Shown here piece by piece: positions 51,545 to 61,102 of a stretch of DNA of 64,000 nt. The notes beneath the pieces are model-generated. The model ran no database searches, had not been told where the DNA came from, and saw nothing but the letters and a program-made list of their open reading frames with translations. Positions within the stretch are counted from its first letter, which is position 1, and each line of letters begins with the position of its first letter. Position numbers and translations under genes: made by a program. Origin of the DNA: Candidatus Omnitrophota bacterium (GTDB lineage Bacteria; Ratteibacteria; UBA8468; MWAK01); the NCBI GenBank assembly GCA_043826355.1, contig JBDRQI010000031.1, positions 32,001 to 96,000 of the forward strand, written 5' to 3'.

Positions 51545-51715
51545 GAGGGTGTTTGGCCAAGTAAAACTTCACGGAGTGTCAGTAACAAAACAAGCAGTAC
51601 GAGTGGATGAGTATCCGGGGCCCGCCGGCTTTCTTGGCGGAAACACGGAGAGTCTCATTCACAAGTTGCGTAGTTTTGTCTGACACGCAGGGCGTTTTAC
51701 GGACCAAACACCCTC
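51545..51715. mobile_element. MITE-like intergenic element, copy 2
   Basis: Perfect 12-bp TIR GAGGGTGTTTGG/CCAAACACCCTC. Confidence 0.7.
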
Positions 51716-51718
51716 GCG

Positions 51719-53206
51719 TTACCATCCTTCGCCCGCGTGTTTCACCCCCAGAATCTCCATCTCTTTTTCGGTCAGGCCGATACCGCGCAATTGTTCCCGG
51801 TTGCCCCTCAGACTCTCCAGAGCGTTGATGCCCATCCCGCCCAGCATCTCCTTTATTTCCATCTTCCAGGCGCGTAAAAGGTTGGTCAGGCGGCGGGCGC
51901 CCACTTCCGGGTTAAGCCGCTTGGTAAGGTACGGGTCCTGGGTGGCGATACCCCAATTGCACTTTCCGGTGTAACACTTCTGGCAGATGTGGCAGCCCAG
52001 GGCCACCAGGGCGGCGGTGCCGATATAAACCGCGTCCGCGCCCAGGGCGATCGCCTTGACCACGTCCGCGCTACTGCGGATGCCGCCGGCTACTATGATT
52101 GACGCCTGGGGCCGGATGCCTTCCCGGCGTAACCGGTTGTCAACCGCAGCCAACGCCAGTTCAATGGGAATGCCGACGTTGTCGCTGATTACCATCGGGG
52201 CGGCACCGGTGCCGCCCCGAATGCCGTCGATGCAGATGATATCGGCGCCGGCGCGAACCGCGCCGCTGGCAATGGCAGCCACGTTATGTACCGCGGCAAT
52301 CTTAACCGCCACCGGCTTGCAGTATTCGGTCGCCTCCTTCAAAGCAAAAATCAGTTGTTTCAGGTCCTCAATGGAATAGATGTCGTGGTGTGGCGCCGGG
52401 GAAATGGCATCTGTTCCTTCCGGAATCATCCGGGTGGCGGAAATTTCCGCGGTTACTTTTTCTCCGGGCAAATGGCCGCCGATGCCCGGCTTGGCGCCCT
52501 GACCGATCTTAATCTCAAGAGCAGCCGCCTGTTCCAGGTACTCCGGACTGACGCCAAACCGGCCGCTGGCCACCTGGCAGATAGCCCGGTCGTTGTAAGA
52601 ATAAAGTTCTTTGGGCAATCCACCTTCACCGGTGTTCCAATAGATTCCGGCTGCTCTGGCAGCCCAGGCAAGACTCCGGCAGGTATTCAAACTGATGGAA
52701 CCGTAACTCATCGCCGAAAAGAGCACCGGCATCTCCAGACGTAATTGGGGCGACAAATCTTCCTCCTCCTGAAAGGAAACCGGCTTGCGTCCCAGGTAAG
52801 TGCGCAATTCCATCGGTTCCCGCAAAGGGTCAATGGAAGGATTGGTTACCTGGGCCGCATTCAAAAGCAGGTGGTCCCAATAAATGGTGTAAGGCCGGCC
52901 GGTTCCCATCGCCGATAGAACCACCCCGCCCACCTCCGACTGTTTTTGAATCGCCAGAAAGAAACCGGATTGCCAGTTGCTATTATCTTTAATCAATCGT
53001 TCCTTCTGGACTATCTTCAAGGCGCCGGTCGGACAAAGAACTTCGCACCGGTGGCAGCCGACACAGAGACGGCTATCGCTTTCCACCGCACCATCACTAT
53101 CAGTATGCGTGTCAAAAGCACACTGTCTCGCGCAGGCAAAGCAGGAAATACATCGTTCCTTGTCGCGTACCACCTCAAATTCCGCGGAAGTAAGTTTCAA
53201 CGCCAT
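51719..53206 (-). CDS. Glutamate synthase FMN-binding subunit with N-terminal ferredoxin
   Basis: QVTNPSIDPLRE, AMSYGS, NTGEGG, QVASGRFG, KIGQGAKPG.GG, CHICQKC. Confidence 0.92.
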   Translation of the reverse strand: MALKLTSAEFEVVRDKERCISCFACARQCAFDTHTDSDGAVESDSRLCVGCHRCEVLCPTGALKIVQKERLIKDNSNWQSGFFLAIQKQSEVGGVVLSAMGTGRPYTIYWDHLLLNAAQVTNPSIDPLREPMELRTYLGRKPVSFQEEEDLSPQLRLEMPVLFSAMSYGSISLNTCRSLAWAARAAGIYWNTGEGGLPKELYSYNDRAICQVASGRFGVSPEYLEQAAALEIKIGQGAKPGIGGHLPGEKVTAEISATRMIPEGTDAISPAPHHDIYSIEDLKQLIFALKEATEYCKPVAVKIAAVHNVAAIASGAVRAGADIICIDGIRGGTGAAPMVISDNVGIPIELALAAVDNRLRREGIRPQASIIVAGGIRSSADVVKAIALGADAVYIGTAALVALGCHICQKCYTGKCNWGIATQDPYLTKRLNPEVGARRLTNLLRAWKMEIKEMLGGMGINALESLRGNREQLRGIGLTEKEMEILGVKHAGEGW

Positions 53207-53212
53207 AAAAAT

Positions 53213-53275
53213 TGTCATTCTGAACGAAGTGAAGAATCTAAAACTACGAGACCCTTCGCTTTGCTCAGGGTGACA
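53213..53275. repeat. Short palindromic repeat (TGTCATTCTGA...TCAGGGTGACA)
   Basis: Terminal inverted repeats in the glnA-glutamate synthase intergenic gap. Confidence 0.6.
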
Positions 53276-53283
53276 TCTAAGTT

Positions 53284-54720
53284 TTAAATATCAAAATAGA
53301 GATAGAACTCGTACGGATGGGGCCGCAGAGAAACCGGCGCCAATTCCCGTTCTTCCTTATATTCAACCCAGACGTCAATTACGTCTTTGGTGAAAACCCC
53401 GTCCTCCAGCAGATACTTGTGGTCTTTTTTCAGGGCGGCCAGCGCCTCGGCCAAAGAACCCGGCACGGTCGGAACAGTGCTCTTGCCCGACTCAACCGCT
53501 TCGTAGGTATTGTAGTCACAGGGCTTGCCCGGGTCGATGCGGTTGCGTATCCCGTCAATACCGGCCATCAGCATCGCGCTGAACGCCAGGTATGGGTTGG
53601 CGGCGCAGTCCGGGGGCCGGAATTCAATCCGCTTGCTCTTGGGGCTGTCGGTATAGACCGGTATCCGAATCGCGGCGCTCCGGTTCCGCGCCGAGTAGGT
53701 CAGGTTGACCGGCGCTTCGTAACCGGGCACCAGCCGCTTGTAAGAGTTGGTGGTAGGCGCGCAAAAAGCCATCAAACTGTCGGCGTGCTTCAATAGACCG
53801 CCGATATAATGACGCGCCGTTTCGCTGGTAAGCGCGTAGCCCTTAGGGTCAAAAAAGATGTTCTTGCCGCCCTTCCAAAGCGACTGGTGGGTATGCATGC
53901 CGCTGCCGTTGTCTCCGAAAAGCGGTTTGGGCATAAAGGTCGCCACCAGTCCCTTCTTTTTGGCAATATTTTTAACGATGTATTTATACATCAAGCACTT
54001 GTCGGCTACCCGCACCAGCGTATCAAACTTCATGTCAATTTCCGCCTGGCCCCCAGTTGCCACCTCGTGGTGGTGCACTTCAATCGGAATTCCGGCCGTA
54101 ATCATAGCCAGCACTATCTCGCTGCGCAGGTCCTGCTGGGAGTCGTGCGGCGCCACCGGGAAATATCCTTCCTTGAAGCGCGGTTTGTACCCCAGGTTTG
54201 GTCTCTCCTCCTTGCCGGAGTTCCACTCGCCTTCCGCGGAATCAATAAAGTAATAGCCGCTGTTTTCGGCCTGGTCAAAACGGATGTCGTTGAAGATGAA
54301 GAACTCCATCTCCGGACCCCAGTAACTCTTGTCGGCAATCCCGGTCTGACGCAGGTATTCGGCCGCTTTCTTGGCGATGTAGCGGGGGTCCCGGCTGTAG
54401 GGTTTGCGGCTTATCGGGTCAAAGATATCGCAAATCATGCTCAGCGTCTTCACCTCGCAGACCGGGTCAATCACCGCGGTATCCGGGTCCGGGATGAGAA
54501 TCATGTCGCTCTCCTGAATCTTCTGAAAACCCCGGATGCTGCTGCCGTCAAACCCGATGCCCTCCGTAAAGATGGTCTTGGTGGTTAAATCGTCCAGTTC
54601 GGTCAGTTCACTGGCCGGAATACTGAAATGCTGCCAGAGGCCCGGCAAATCGTTAAACTTCAAATCAACAAACTTAACGTCGTTCTCTTTCACCATCTTC
54701 AATACTTCCGCTGCTTTCAT
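53284..54720 (-). CDS. glnA: Glutamine synthetase type I
   Basis: FDGSSIRGF, HHHEVA, FMPKPLFGDNGSGMH, RNRSA, IEFR; start placed at ATG 54720. Confidence 0.95.
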   Translation of the reverse strand: MKAAEVLKMVKENDVKFVDLKFNDLPGLWQHFSIPASELTELDDLTTKTIFTEGIGFDGSSIRGFQKIQESDMILIPDPDTAVIDPVCEVKTLSMICDIFDPISRKPYSRDPRYIAKKAAEYLRQTGIADKSYWGPEMEFFIFNDIRFDQAENSGYYFIDSAEGEWNSGKEERPNLGYKPRFKEGYFPVAPHDSQQDLRSEIVLAMITAGIPIEVHHHEVATGGQAEIDMKFDTLVRVADKCLMYKYIVKNIAKKKGLVATFMPKPLFGDNGSGMHTHQSLWKGGKNIFFDPKGYALTSETARHYIGGLLKHADSLMAFCAPTTNSYKRLVPGYEAPVNLTYSARNRSAAIRIPVYTDSPKSKRIEFRPPDCAANPYLAFSAMLMAGIDGIRNRIDPGKPCDYNTYEAVESGKSTVPTVPGSLAEALAALKKDHKYLLEDGVFTKDVIDVWVEYKEERELAPVSLRPHPYEFYLYFDI

Positions 54721-54770
54721 TTTTTCTCCCCGGAAATGTAGGGGAGGGGTTGTATCCCCTCCCACCCAAT

Positions 54771-54930
54771 AAAAAAGGCGTCTTCTCCCCGTTGAGGGAA
54801 AGACGCCTTCGTCCTTAAAATAAAAATGCCTCCGAAGCAACATCGCCCTTTCGAGCAACTCTGCCTTAGGAGGCTTCCTTGCCTCTAAATTCTTTGGAAA
54901 TAATATACCACATTAACTCTTCTTTGTCAA
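54771..54930 (-). promoter_or_regulatory. glnA promoter with tandem ANTAR-like hairpin/terminator leader
   Basis: TTGACA-17-TATATT; GAGGC-AAGGAA-GCCTC and AGGAC-GAAGGC-GTCTT each overlap a U-tailed terminator. Confidence 0.7.
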
Positions 54931-57530
54931 ATTTTATCAGGGGAAACCGAAAAACAGACGACTCTCTGCGATATTACGTCCGACATTATCTTCAGGTTTC
55001 GGCCGCTTACGTCGTAAACGCCGATGACGCATTCATAACCGGCGGATTGGGGCAAAAGTTCTGCAAACAGATTCTTCGATTTCGTGAACCACGCTTCGCT
55101 GAATACGACATCTTTTTTACCGGGGAAGAGCGCGACGTAGAATATCTTTGTCTCCACCAGGTCCTGGAAAAAATGCGTCCCGAAAGACAGTTCGGGCATC
55201 AAGTTTCCGGCGGAAAAAGCAACCTCCGCCAGGACCGCTATGTTGTTTATCTCCGCAAACTTTACCGGCACGCCCAGAGACGGCGTTGTCGTACCCCATC
55301 TTCCCGGCCCCATCAGCAAGGTGGCCGTCTTTTCCCGGTCTTTTATCCCCCGGTTCAGTTTACCCACTATCCGGGCTATTTCATACTTGCCCGACAACGT
55401 AAGAACGCTGTACTTCTCCGGTTCAACGTATATGATTCGGTCGAGTTTCCGGGAAACGTTGCCGCCCAGAAAATAGCCGCGAGATTCAAAAAGAATATTC
55501 TCCCTCCCCACGCTACCCGGCATTTCAACCTTGCGGCCCTGCCCGAGCGTCTGCAGCGGCCGGCACTGCAGGAGATTTATCTTAAACGTATCTTCCGCCG
55601 GCGGCCCCCCGGTAAAATTCACCGTAAACTCTATCTCCACGGGGTAACGGTAACTCTGTTCGAGCGATTTCAATATATTCCGGAAGGAACCCGCCAGCGT
55701 GTTATCACGGAACAACTTATCGAGGGTAAGTATCCAGTATTCTTTATCTTCTGCGCCGTTCCTGTGCATCATGCGCATGGCTTCGTGGTCTCTCACCGCC
55801 ACGCGGTCTATGTCTGCATAATCTTTACCGCTTACAAGATTTTCAAACGGGACGGTTTCAAAATGGTTTTCTTCCGTATTGATAAGGTCGACCTTGTGCT
55901 GGGAGAATTTCCTTAAATCATCCTTCTCCGCATACGGCCTGCGCAAAGGGTCGTCAAGCACAACCATCCTCGGGTAATCGCCTTCAACGCGGTTGACCGC
56001 CCTGGTGCCGAGCCCAAAGACCAGCCTGAGCATACCCGCCTTAGGGTCCATATCCTCGTTCCAGACGTAAGTATTGTGGGACACCCCGACCCCGGCGAGG
56101 TCGGGAAAGAAATAATCTTTGTGGTGCGCTCCGGAAACTCTCTGTACCAGGAGCGCCATCTGTTCGTCCAGTTTATCCAGTCCTCTCTGTTTCCGGTAGA
56201 CGAGGGCGTCCTCGCTCATCGTGCTGGCATAAATTCTTTTTACGGCCTCGGCAAACCGGGCGTATCTCTGCTCTGGCGCACCCTGGTTCGCCAAAAATAT
56301 GCTCTCGTATTTTCCGGCGAATGCGTTTCCAAACCCGTCTTCCAGCAGCGAACTTGAGCGCACGATGATGGGAGAGGAACCGAAATATTCTATGACCTGC
56401 TGGAACTGTTCCGTGATTTCTTCGGGAAACGCTCCGGAAAACATCTTTTCTCTTAAAATCCCCGCGGCGGTGAAATACCATTCATCCGTCTTCTGCTGCA
56501 TACGCAGTTTCCACCACCGGTTCTGGACTATGTACGAATAGAATATGTCGGAACCGATGTAAAACGAATCGTGCGGTTCCGAAAGTTCCCGCCAACCAAG
56601 CGCGCTCTTTTTCAACAAAATTTTCCGGGCCAGAAGCATGCCCACGCTTTTCCCGCCGATAAAACCGGTTCCAATCAATCTGGATTTTATGTCTATGAGT
56701 TCTTCCAGTGAAAAATTACGTACCGCCAGAGATAAAATCTTTTTGTCTTTAGTTATCATTAGACTGCAGAGTTTCTTTACCGTATCGCTTATCTTCTCTT
56801 TCGGGCCGGGTTTTTTCCCGAGTTCTCCGGCTTCAAGAAACAGGCGGTCCCAGTAATCGAGATTTCTCTTTGCGGTTTCCGCTCCTTTTTCGCGGATATA
56901 CGAAAGTATTTTTACGGCATTAATGCTGTCCGTAATGGGGACGAACCGGCCGTCGTCCATCCTCTGGTGGGGCAGAAACATGGTCGGCGAATACCGGTCC
57001 CATACCTTCAGGGGGTGTATATAGCAGCCGCCTTCACAATGGTATACGTCCAAAAGCAGCTGCGTTGTCTCCCGTATGCGGGCTATGGATTTAAAAGAAT
57101 GGTTATTGCGCAATATCGAAAAATACGTAACGGTCTTAAGTTCGTAAAGATAGGGACACGTAACCATGAAAAAATTGCCTATCATAAGGTCCGTGGCCCA
57201 GGCCGAAAGAAGTTCCGACAGGCAGTCAAACACGTAATATGCACCCTCGCCTTCCTGAGTGATGATGGCGTTCACCCTGGTGGCGAAAGACTCAAATCCG
57301 GCGTAAGCGTTCAATTCATAACGCTTTATCTGTTTTGAGAGCGGCAGTAATTCCCGGTGTAAAGCAAATCTCAGGTATATGACTTTCTTATTCTCCCTGA
57401 GCGCCTGCCGTACAAAAGGTTTTACAAGGTCAGCGTAATCTTTGATATCGTCTATCTGCCAGACGACGTTATCGCCCGGCCTCAAATCGGTGATTATTCC
57501 GTCCAGGCCCTTGATTCCCGTGCTAATCAT
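54927..57530 (-). CDS. PEP/pyruvate-binding (PPDK_N ATP-grasp) domain protein
   Basis: IGGKSVG, IVRSSSLLED.F.NAFAGKY, GLGTRAV, LLQCRP; N-terminus ISTGIKGLD. Confidence 0.8.
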   Translation of the reverse strand: MISTGIKGLDGIITDLRPGDNVVWQIDDIKDYADLVKPFVRQALRENKKVIYLRFALHRELLPLSKQIKRYELNAYAGFESFATRVNAIITQEGEGAYYVFDCLSELLSAWATDLMIGNFFMVTCPYLYELKTVTYFSILRNNHSFKSIARIRETTQLLLDVYHCEGGCYIHPLKVWDRYSPTMFLPHQRMDDGRFVPITDSINAVKILSYIREKGAETAKRNLDYWDRLFLEAGELGKKPGPKEKISDTVKKLCSLMITKDKKILSLAVRNFSLEELIDIKSRLIGTGFIGGKSVGMLLARKILLKKSALGWRELSEPHDSFYIGSDIFYSYIVQNRWWKLRMQQKTDEWYFTAAGILREKMFSGAFPEEITEQFQQVIEYFGSSPIIVRSSSLLEDGFGNAFAGKYESIFLANQGAPEQRYARFAEAVKRIYASTMSEDALVYRKQRGLDKLDEQMALLVQRVSGAHHKDYFFPDLAGVGVSHNTYVWNEDMDPKAGMLRLVFGLGTRAVNRVEGDYPRMVVLDDPLRRPYAEKDDLRKFSQHKVDLINTEENHFETVPFENLVSGKDYADIDRVAVRDHEAMRMMHRNGAEDKEYWILTLDKLFRDNTLAGSFRNILKSLEQSYRYPVEIEFTVNFTGGPPAEDTFKINLLQCRPLQTLGQGRKVEMPGSVGRENILFESRGYFLGGNVSRKLDRIIYVEPEKYSVLTLSGKYEIARIVGKLNRGIKDREKTATLLMGPGRWGTTTPSLGVPVKFAEINNIAVLAEVAFSAGNLMPELSFGTHFFQDLVETKIFYVALFPGKKDVVFSEAWFTKSKNLFAELLPQSAGYECVIGVYDVSGRNLKIMSDVISQRVVCFSVSPDKI

Positions 57531-57658
57531 ATCAGTTATCCCTTACTTTACCGGTCTGTTTTCCGGAAGATTATTCCTATATGATTCGTCGGCGTCTTTC
57601 TTGATTTCGGGTAAATCCGCTTCCTTTTTCGCCTCTTCGCGCCCGCGGGCTTGATAAA

Positions 57659-58753
57659 TCAAGTTCCGCCAATTGTTTTCTCTGTTTGCGCTAAAACCAA
57701 CTCGCCGCCTTCCGGATGCCACAGTTCCGCAACCCGCGGTTCCAGTTTCCGTATTGCGGCTTCCTCGCTGGAAAGGTAAAAGTGATCCGGGCTTTTCGCG
57801 GCCACCATCGGACGCAGTTTCACCCGGTCGATCAGACCGAACATACCGCCCTTGAAACCCACGATGATGCTGAACGGACCGTTCAGAAGAGCGGCGCCGT
57901 AAATAATCCGCATCCTTTCACACTCCCTGCGCCCTTCCTCGGGTTTGAGGTCTATCTCAGACCAGAGCGGCGCCGACAGGATCGACCCTAATTTCGCCAG
58001 GGGGATCCGGTGGCGCCGGACCAGAAGGTCAACAAGATAGGTGATGACTTCCGTGTCGGTAGCCAGGCAGCAGTTATAACCGAAGTTCTCCAGGTAGCGC
58101 CGGTTGACGCCGTACGAAGATATCTCGCCGTTATGGACCACGGACCAATCCAGGAGATTGAACGGATGCGCCCCGCCCCACCAGCCGGAACTGTTTGTCG
58201 GAAAACGGCCGTGGCCCAGCCACATATATCCGCTGTATTCATCCAGCCGGAAGAACTCCGCGATCTCCTCCGGCCAGCCGACTCCCTTAAACACCCCCAG
58301 GTTCTTGCCGCTGGAGATGACGAAAGCGCCTTCTATGCCGCTGTTTATCTTCATTACGCTTGCAACCATCTGCTCCTCTTCCGAAAGGAGCGGGAGCAGG
58401 TTCGGCCTGACCCTGACAAAATAACGCCACAATAACTGCGGGCAATGCAGGCGCCCGGCCGCAACCGGAATCGGTTCGTCCCGGTCAATTTCAAAGATGC
58501 TCCCCAGGTATTCCTCGGTTTTCTTCTTGACGCTCGAAGAATCATAAAGCAGATGCAGGGCAAAATGTTCGGGAAAATCCGGGTAGATGCCGTATCCGGC
58601 GAACCCGGCGCCCAGGCCGTTTGCGCGGTCCCGCATCACGCTGATGCCCTCGGCGATGCGGCCGCCGGAAAAAGGCCGGGACTGCAGGTTTAAAATTCCG
58701 AAGACGCTGCAGCCGCTGATATCCTTCTCCATTCCTGTTTTGTTGTTTACCAT
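57659..58753 (-). CDS. Class II glutamine amidotransferase (glutamate synthase domain 1)
   Basis: SGCSVFG, RANGLGAG, GHGRFPTN, AHPF, VHNGEI, TDTE. Confidence 0.88.
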   Translation of the reverse strand: MVNNKTGMEKDISGCSVFGILNLQSRPFSGGRIAEGISVMRDRANGLGAGFAGYGIYPDFPEHFALHLLYDSSSVKKKTEEYLGSIFEIDRDEPIPVAAGRLHCPQLLWRYFVRVRPNLLPLLSEEEQMVASVMKINSGIEGAFVISSGKNLGVFKGVGWPEEIAEFFRLDEYSGYMWLGHGRFPTNSSGWWGGAHPFNLLDWSVVHNGEISSYGVNRRYLENFGYNCCLATDTEVITYLVDLLVRRHRIPLAKLGSILSAPLWSEIDLKPEEGRRECERMRIIYGAALLNGPFSIIVGFKGGMFGLIDRVKLRPMVAAKSPDHFYLSSEEAAIRKLEPRVAELWHPEGGELVLAQTEKTIGGT

Positions 58754-58767
58754 AAAAGGTTTACCAT

Positions 58768-58863
58768 AAAAAAAAGCCTCCAGAAGCAACGCTGCTTGCC
58801 TCTGGAGGCTACTTTGCCTCTTTTTTCGCCAATATTATATCATGCTATTTTTCCAGATGTCAA
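58768..58863 (-). promoter_or_regulatory. Promoter with ANTAR-like hairpin overlapping a terminator
   Basis: TTGACA at 58863-58858, TG-n-TAATAT; GAGGC-AAAGTA-GCCTC overlapping AGCCTCCAGAGGCAA...TTGCTTCTGGAGGCT-U-tract. Confidence 0.72.
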
Positions 58864-58891
58864 ATTAAAGTGACGGTCTTTGCCGGTGAGG

Positions 58892-59650
58892 TTAATTTTG
58901 ACCCGGCTTATAACGATAGTAGTCTTCCGGAACGTTTTTTACAACCTCATTAACCGCATTCTCCAGCATTACCGTTATCGCCTTTTCCATCGGCGTATTT
59001 TTATACTTCTCGAAACCGCCGGCCAGAACTACTCCGCCCACCAGGCCGCCGCCGACCACGCCTAACTTAAAGTCGGACGCCTTTCCTTCAACCTTCGCGG
59101 AATTTATTATCCGGCTGGTACGCACGTCAACCAGGCGAATGCTGGCGGCAATATAAGCCTTATTGCTCTTTATTCTCACGCCGGCGCCGATCTTAAGCGG
59201 AAGCGGAATAACAAGACCGCCGCCGCCGGAACCCTCTGATTCGGGTTCAAAAGCGGTAATTGCACCGGTTAACAAAACGTCCGCACCCTCCATGCTTCCT
59301 TTTTCCGCCGCTTTGCCCTTTTCGGTATAGCCGGATTCACCGAGGGCCAGCTCCTCTTTAATATCAGAAAGTCCCTCACCCCTTTCCAGAACGATAAAGC
59401 GATTGGTCTTGAAGAGGGCGTCAATCAGCATATCCGACATGCCGGTTCCGATTTCGCCGTAGCCCCTGGCCGCTTTCATCTCAAACCGGGCAACCGCGAT
59501 TCTCGCCTTCGGTCCCTGGTAGGTGGTAACTTCGGCGACCGTTGGACCGCCGGTGGTTACGGTAGTGCTGATTGCCTCTTCAGACGTAGCACAGGAAGCG
59601 ATAAAAAAGACCAGCGCCAGCAAACCCAAAACCCCCATTCCTTTCTTCAT
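58892..59650 (-). CDS. CsgG/HfaB family lipoprotein
   Basis: Lipobox IASC, RIAV..F, NRFIVLER, GAITAF, IRLVDV. Confidence 0.82.
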   Translation of the reverse strand: MKKGMGVLGLLALVFFIASCATSEEAISTTVTTGGPTVAEVTTYQGPKARIAVARFEMKAARGYGEIGTGMSDMLIDALFKTNRFIVLERGEGLSDIKEELALGESGYTEKGKAAEKGSMEGADVLLTGAITAFEPESEGSGGGGLVIPLPLKIGAGVRIKSNKAYIAASIRLVDVRTSRIINSAKVEGKASDFKLGVVGGGLVGGVVLAGGFEKYKNTPMEKAITVMLENAVNEVVKNVPEDYYRYKPGQN

Positions 59651-60317
59651 ATATCCTCCAATAATTTTATTATTACGAGCCCTTTGCGTTGCTTAAGGGT
59701 AAACTCTGCAAAGCAATTTCGTCTCTGGATATTTGAAATTGCCACGCTTACGTGCCAAAACGCGCATTTTGACGTGCAGGCATATCGCAGAATACGCTCC
59801 TCACAATAACATTAAAAATCCGGGTAGTTCAGGGGACAACACTCGAATTTGTCTATATAAATAATTTTATCATGCCATTGCCTGTTTTTTCAATACACCT
59901 CTAATTAAATGAATTCGCCATACCAGGAATCCAGACGCAACTAAAACGAACGATTGATAATACAACGAAAACAGAGGAGTGAAAAAGTATGACGGGTGTA
60001 TGACAGAAATCGCGCTACACTTATATTTTATCACACAAACGATAAATTTTTGTAGAGGTGTGCAGTCCGTTGGTACGCAAAGCGTTTCAGTGGTTGGCTT
60101 AAAAAGGATTCTTCAAATCATAATAAAACTCAACGGACTGTCCGTCCGTTGGAAAATAGTTGCATTTTTGTTTCCAAGATCACTAATTGGTGTTTTTTTC
60201 TTACTTCCCTGGTTATGGTTCTTTTTTCACTCACCGTTACCCCCGTCATTTGTCCCCTTTTTACCGTAAAGAAATGGCCTTATTTTCATATAGATTTTTG
60301 ATGATGAGGTACTTCGG

Positions 60318-60396
60318 AAGGTTGACCCCGGAACGCAGAAAGAAGTACAATTTGAAAGGTAGGAACATTACCCAAAAACAACAGCCCGAATCAACA
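60318..60396 (+). promoter_or_regulatory. P2-type island promoter outside the island
   Basis: Closely matches 33171-33247; TTGACC-18-TACAAT. Confidence 0.75.
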
Positions 60397-60466
60397 TCAA
60401 ACGTGAAATTAAGTAAATTTGTTTAAAAATAGACAACATACGCACAAAAAGCCAAAGAGGTGGGGG

Positions 60467-60850
60467 ATGAAAACAAAAGGCCAGATAGAGGCAGAAATCA
60501 GCGAGGCCATTATAAAGTTCGAAAAGGAATATATGGGTCGAGGTCCCGAAGAAACCAAAACGTATATTATTGATAACATGGTCTTAGTCTTTTTGCGCGG
60601 GGTTCTGACACCGGCAGAAAAGAATCTGGCTAAAATCGAAGACAATTTCCAAGGTCGGGCTTTAATCAAACAGGTCCGGATTGAGTTGCTGGAAAAAGCT
60701 CGACCCCTGCTGGAGGCAATCATTCAGGACATCACGGGTCAGGTCCCGAGAAGTCTGCATACGGACATTAGCACCAAGACTGGCGAACGAATAATAATTT
60801 TCACACTGAACGAGTGCCCGCAGTTTGAAGAATCAGGAATAGAAAAGTAG
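60467..60850 (+). CDS. DUF2294 / MpsC-like protein
   Basis: KTKGQIEAEIS...FEKEYMGRGP...LTPAE...LHTDISTKTGE. Confidence 0.82.
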   Translation: MKTKGQIEAEISEAIIKFEKEYMGRGPEETKTYIIDNMVLVFLRGVLTPAEKNLAKIEDNFQGRALIKQVRIELLEKARPLLEAIIQDITGQVPRSLHTDISTKTGERIIIFTLNECPQFEESGIEK

Positions 60851-60963
60851 CCGTTATTCCATTTATACACTCCAACGATACGCTGAGCGGCTTTGGCAGA
60901 GTACAGTTACATCTGGTGATGGTACCCGTCAGACCGGTAAAAGACGGAACGTAAAAGTTTTTT

Positions 60964-61102
60964 TTGACAAAACACACAATCGAATGATATAATAATTATA
61001 AGAAAATTCGGGCAGATTGACAGGAGGTCGCTCAAGCGATCTGCTGAAGAGATAGGCCGGCGGTTAATAGCTGAAACATGAAAAGCTGACGCCGGTTTTT
61101 TT
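60964..61102 (+). promoter_or_regulatory. Consensus promoter + structured leader + intrinsic terminator
   Basis: TTGACA-18-TATAAT; stem GCAGATTG/CGATCTGC; terminator GGCCGGCG/CGCCGGTT + T-tract. Confidence 0.7.

Noticed and set aside
54721..54858. N-terminal extension of GlnA in the ORF track
   Set aside because: It runs through the leader terminators and a REP; homology starts at ATG 54720 behind a GGAG RBS.
54879..55916. 345-aa plus-strand ORF and similar long antisense ORFs (6325, 40868, 47876, 53809)
   Set aside because: They are shadows of well-supported genes on the opposite strand and have no recognisable motifs.
57546..57662. Possible gene remnant between the amidotransferase and PPDK_N genes
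   Set aside because: Short open frame with coding-like composition but too little sequence to assign.
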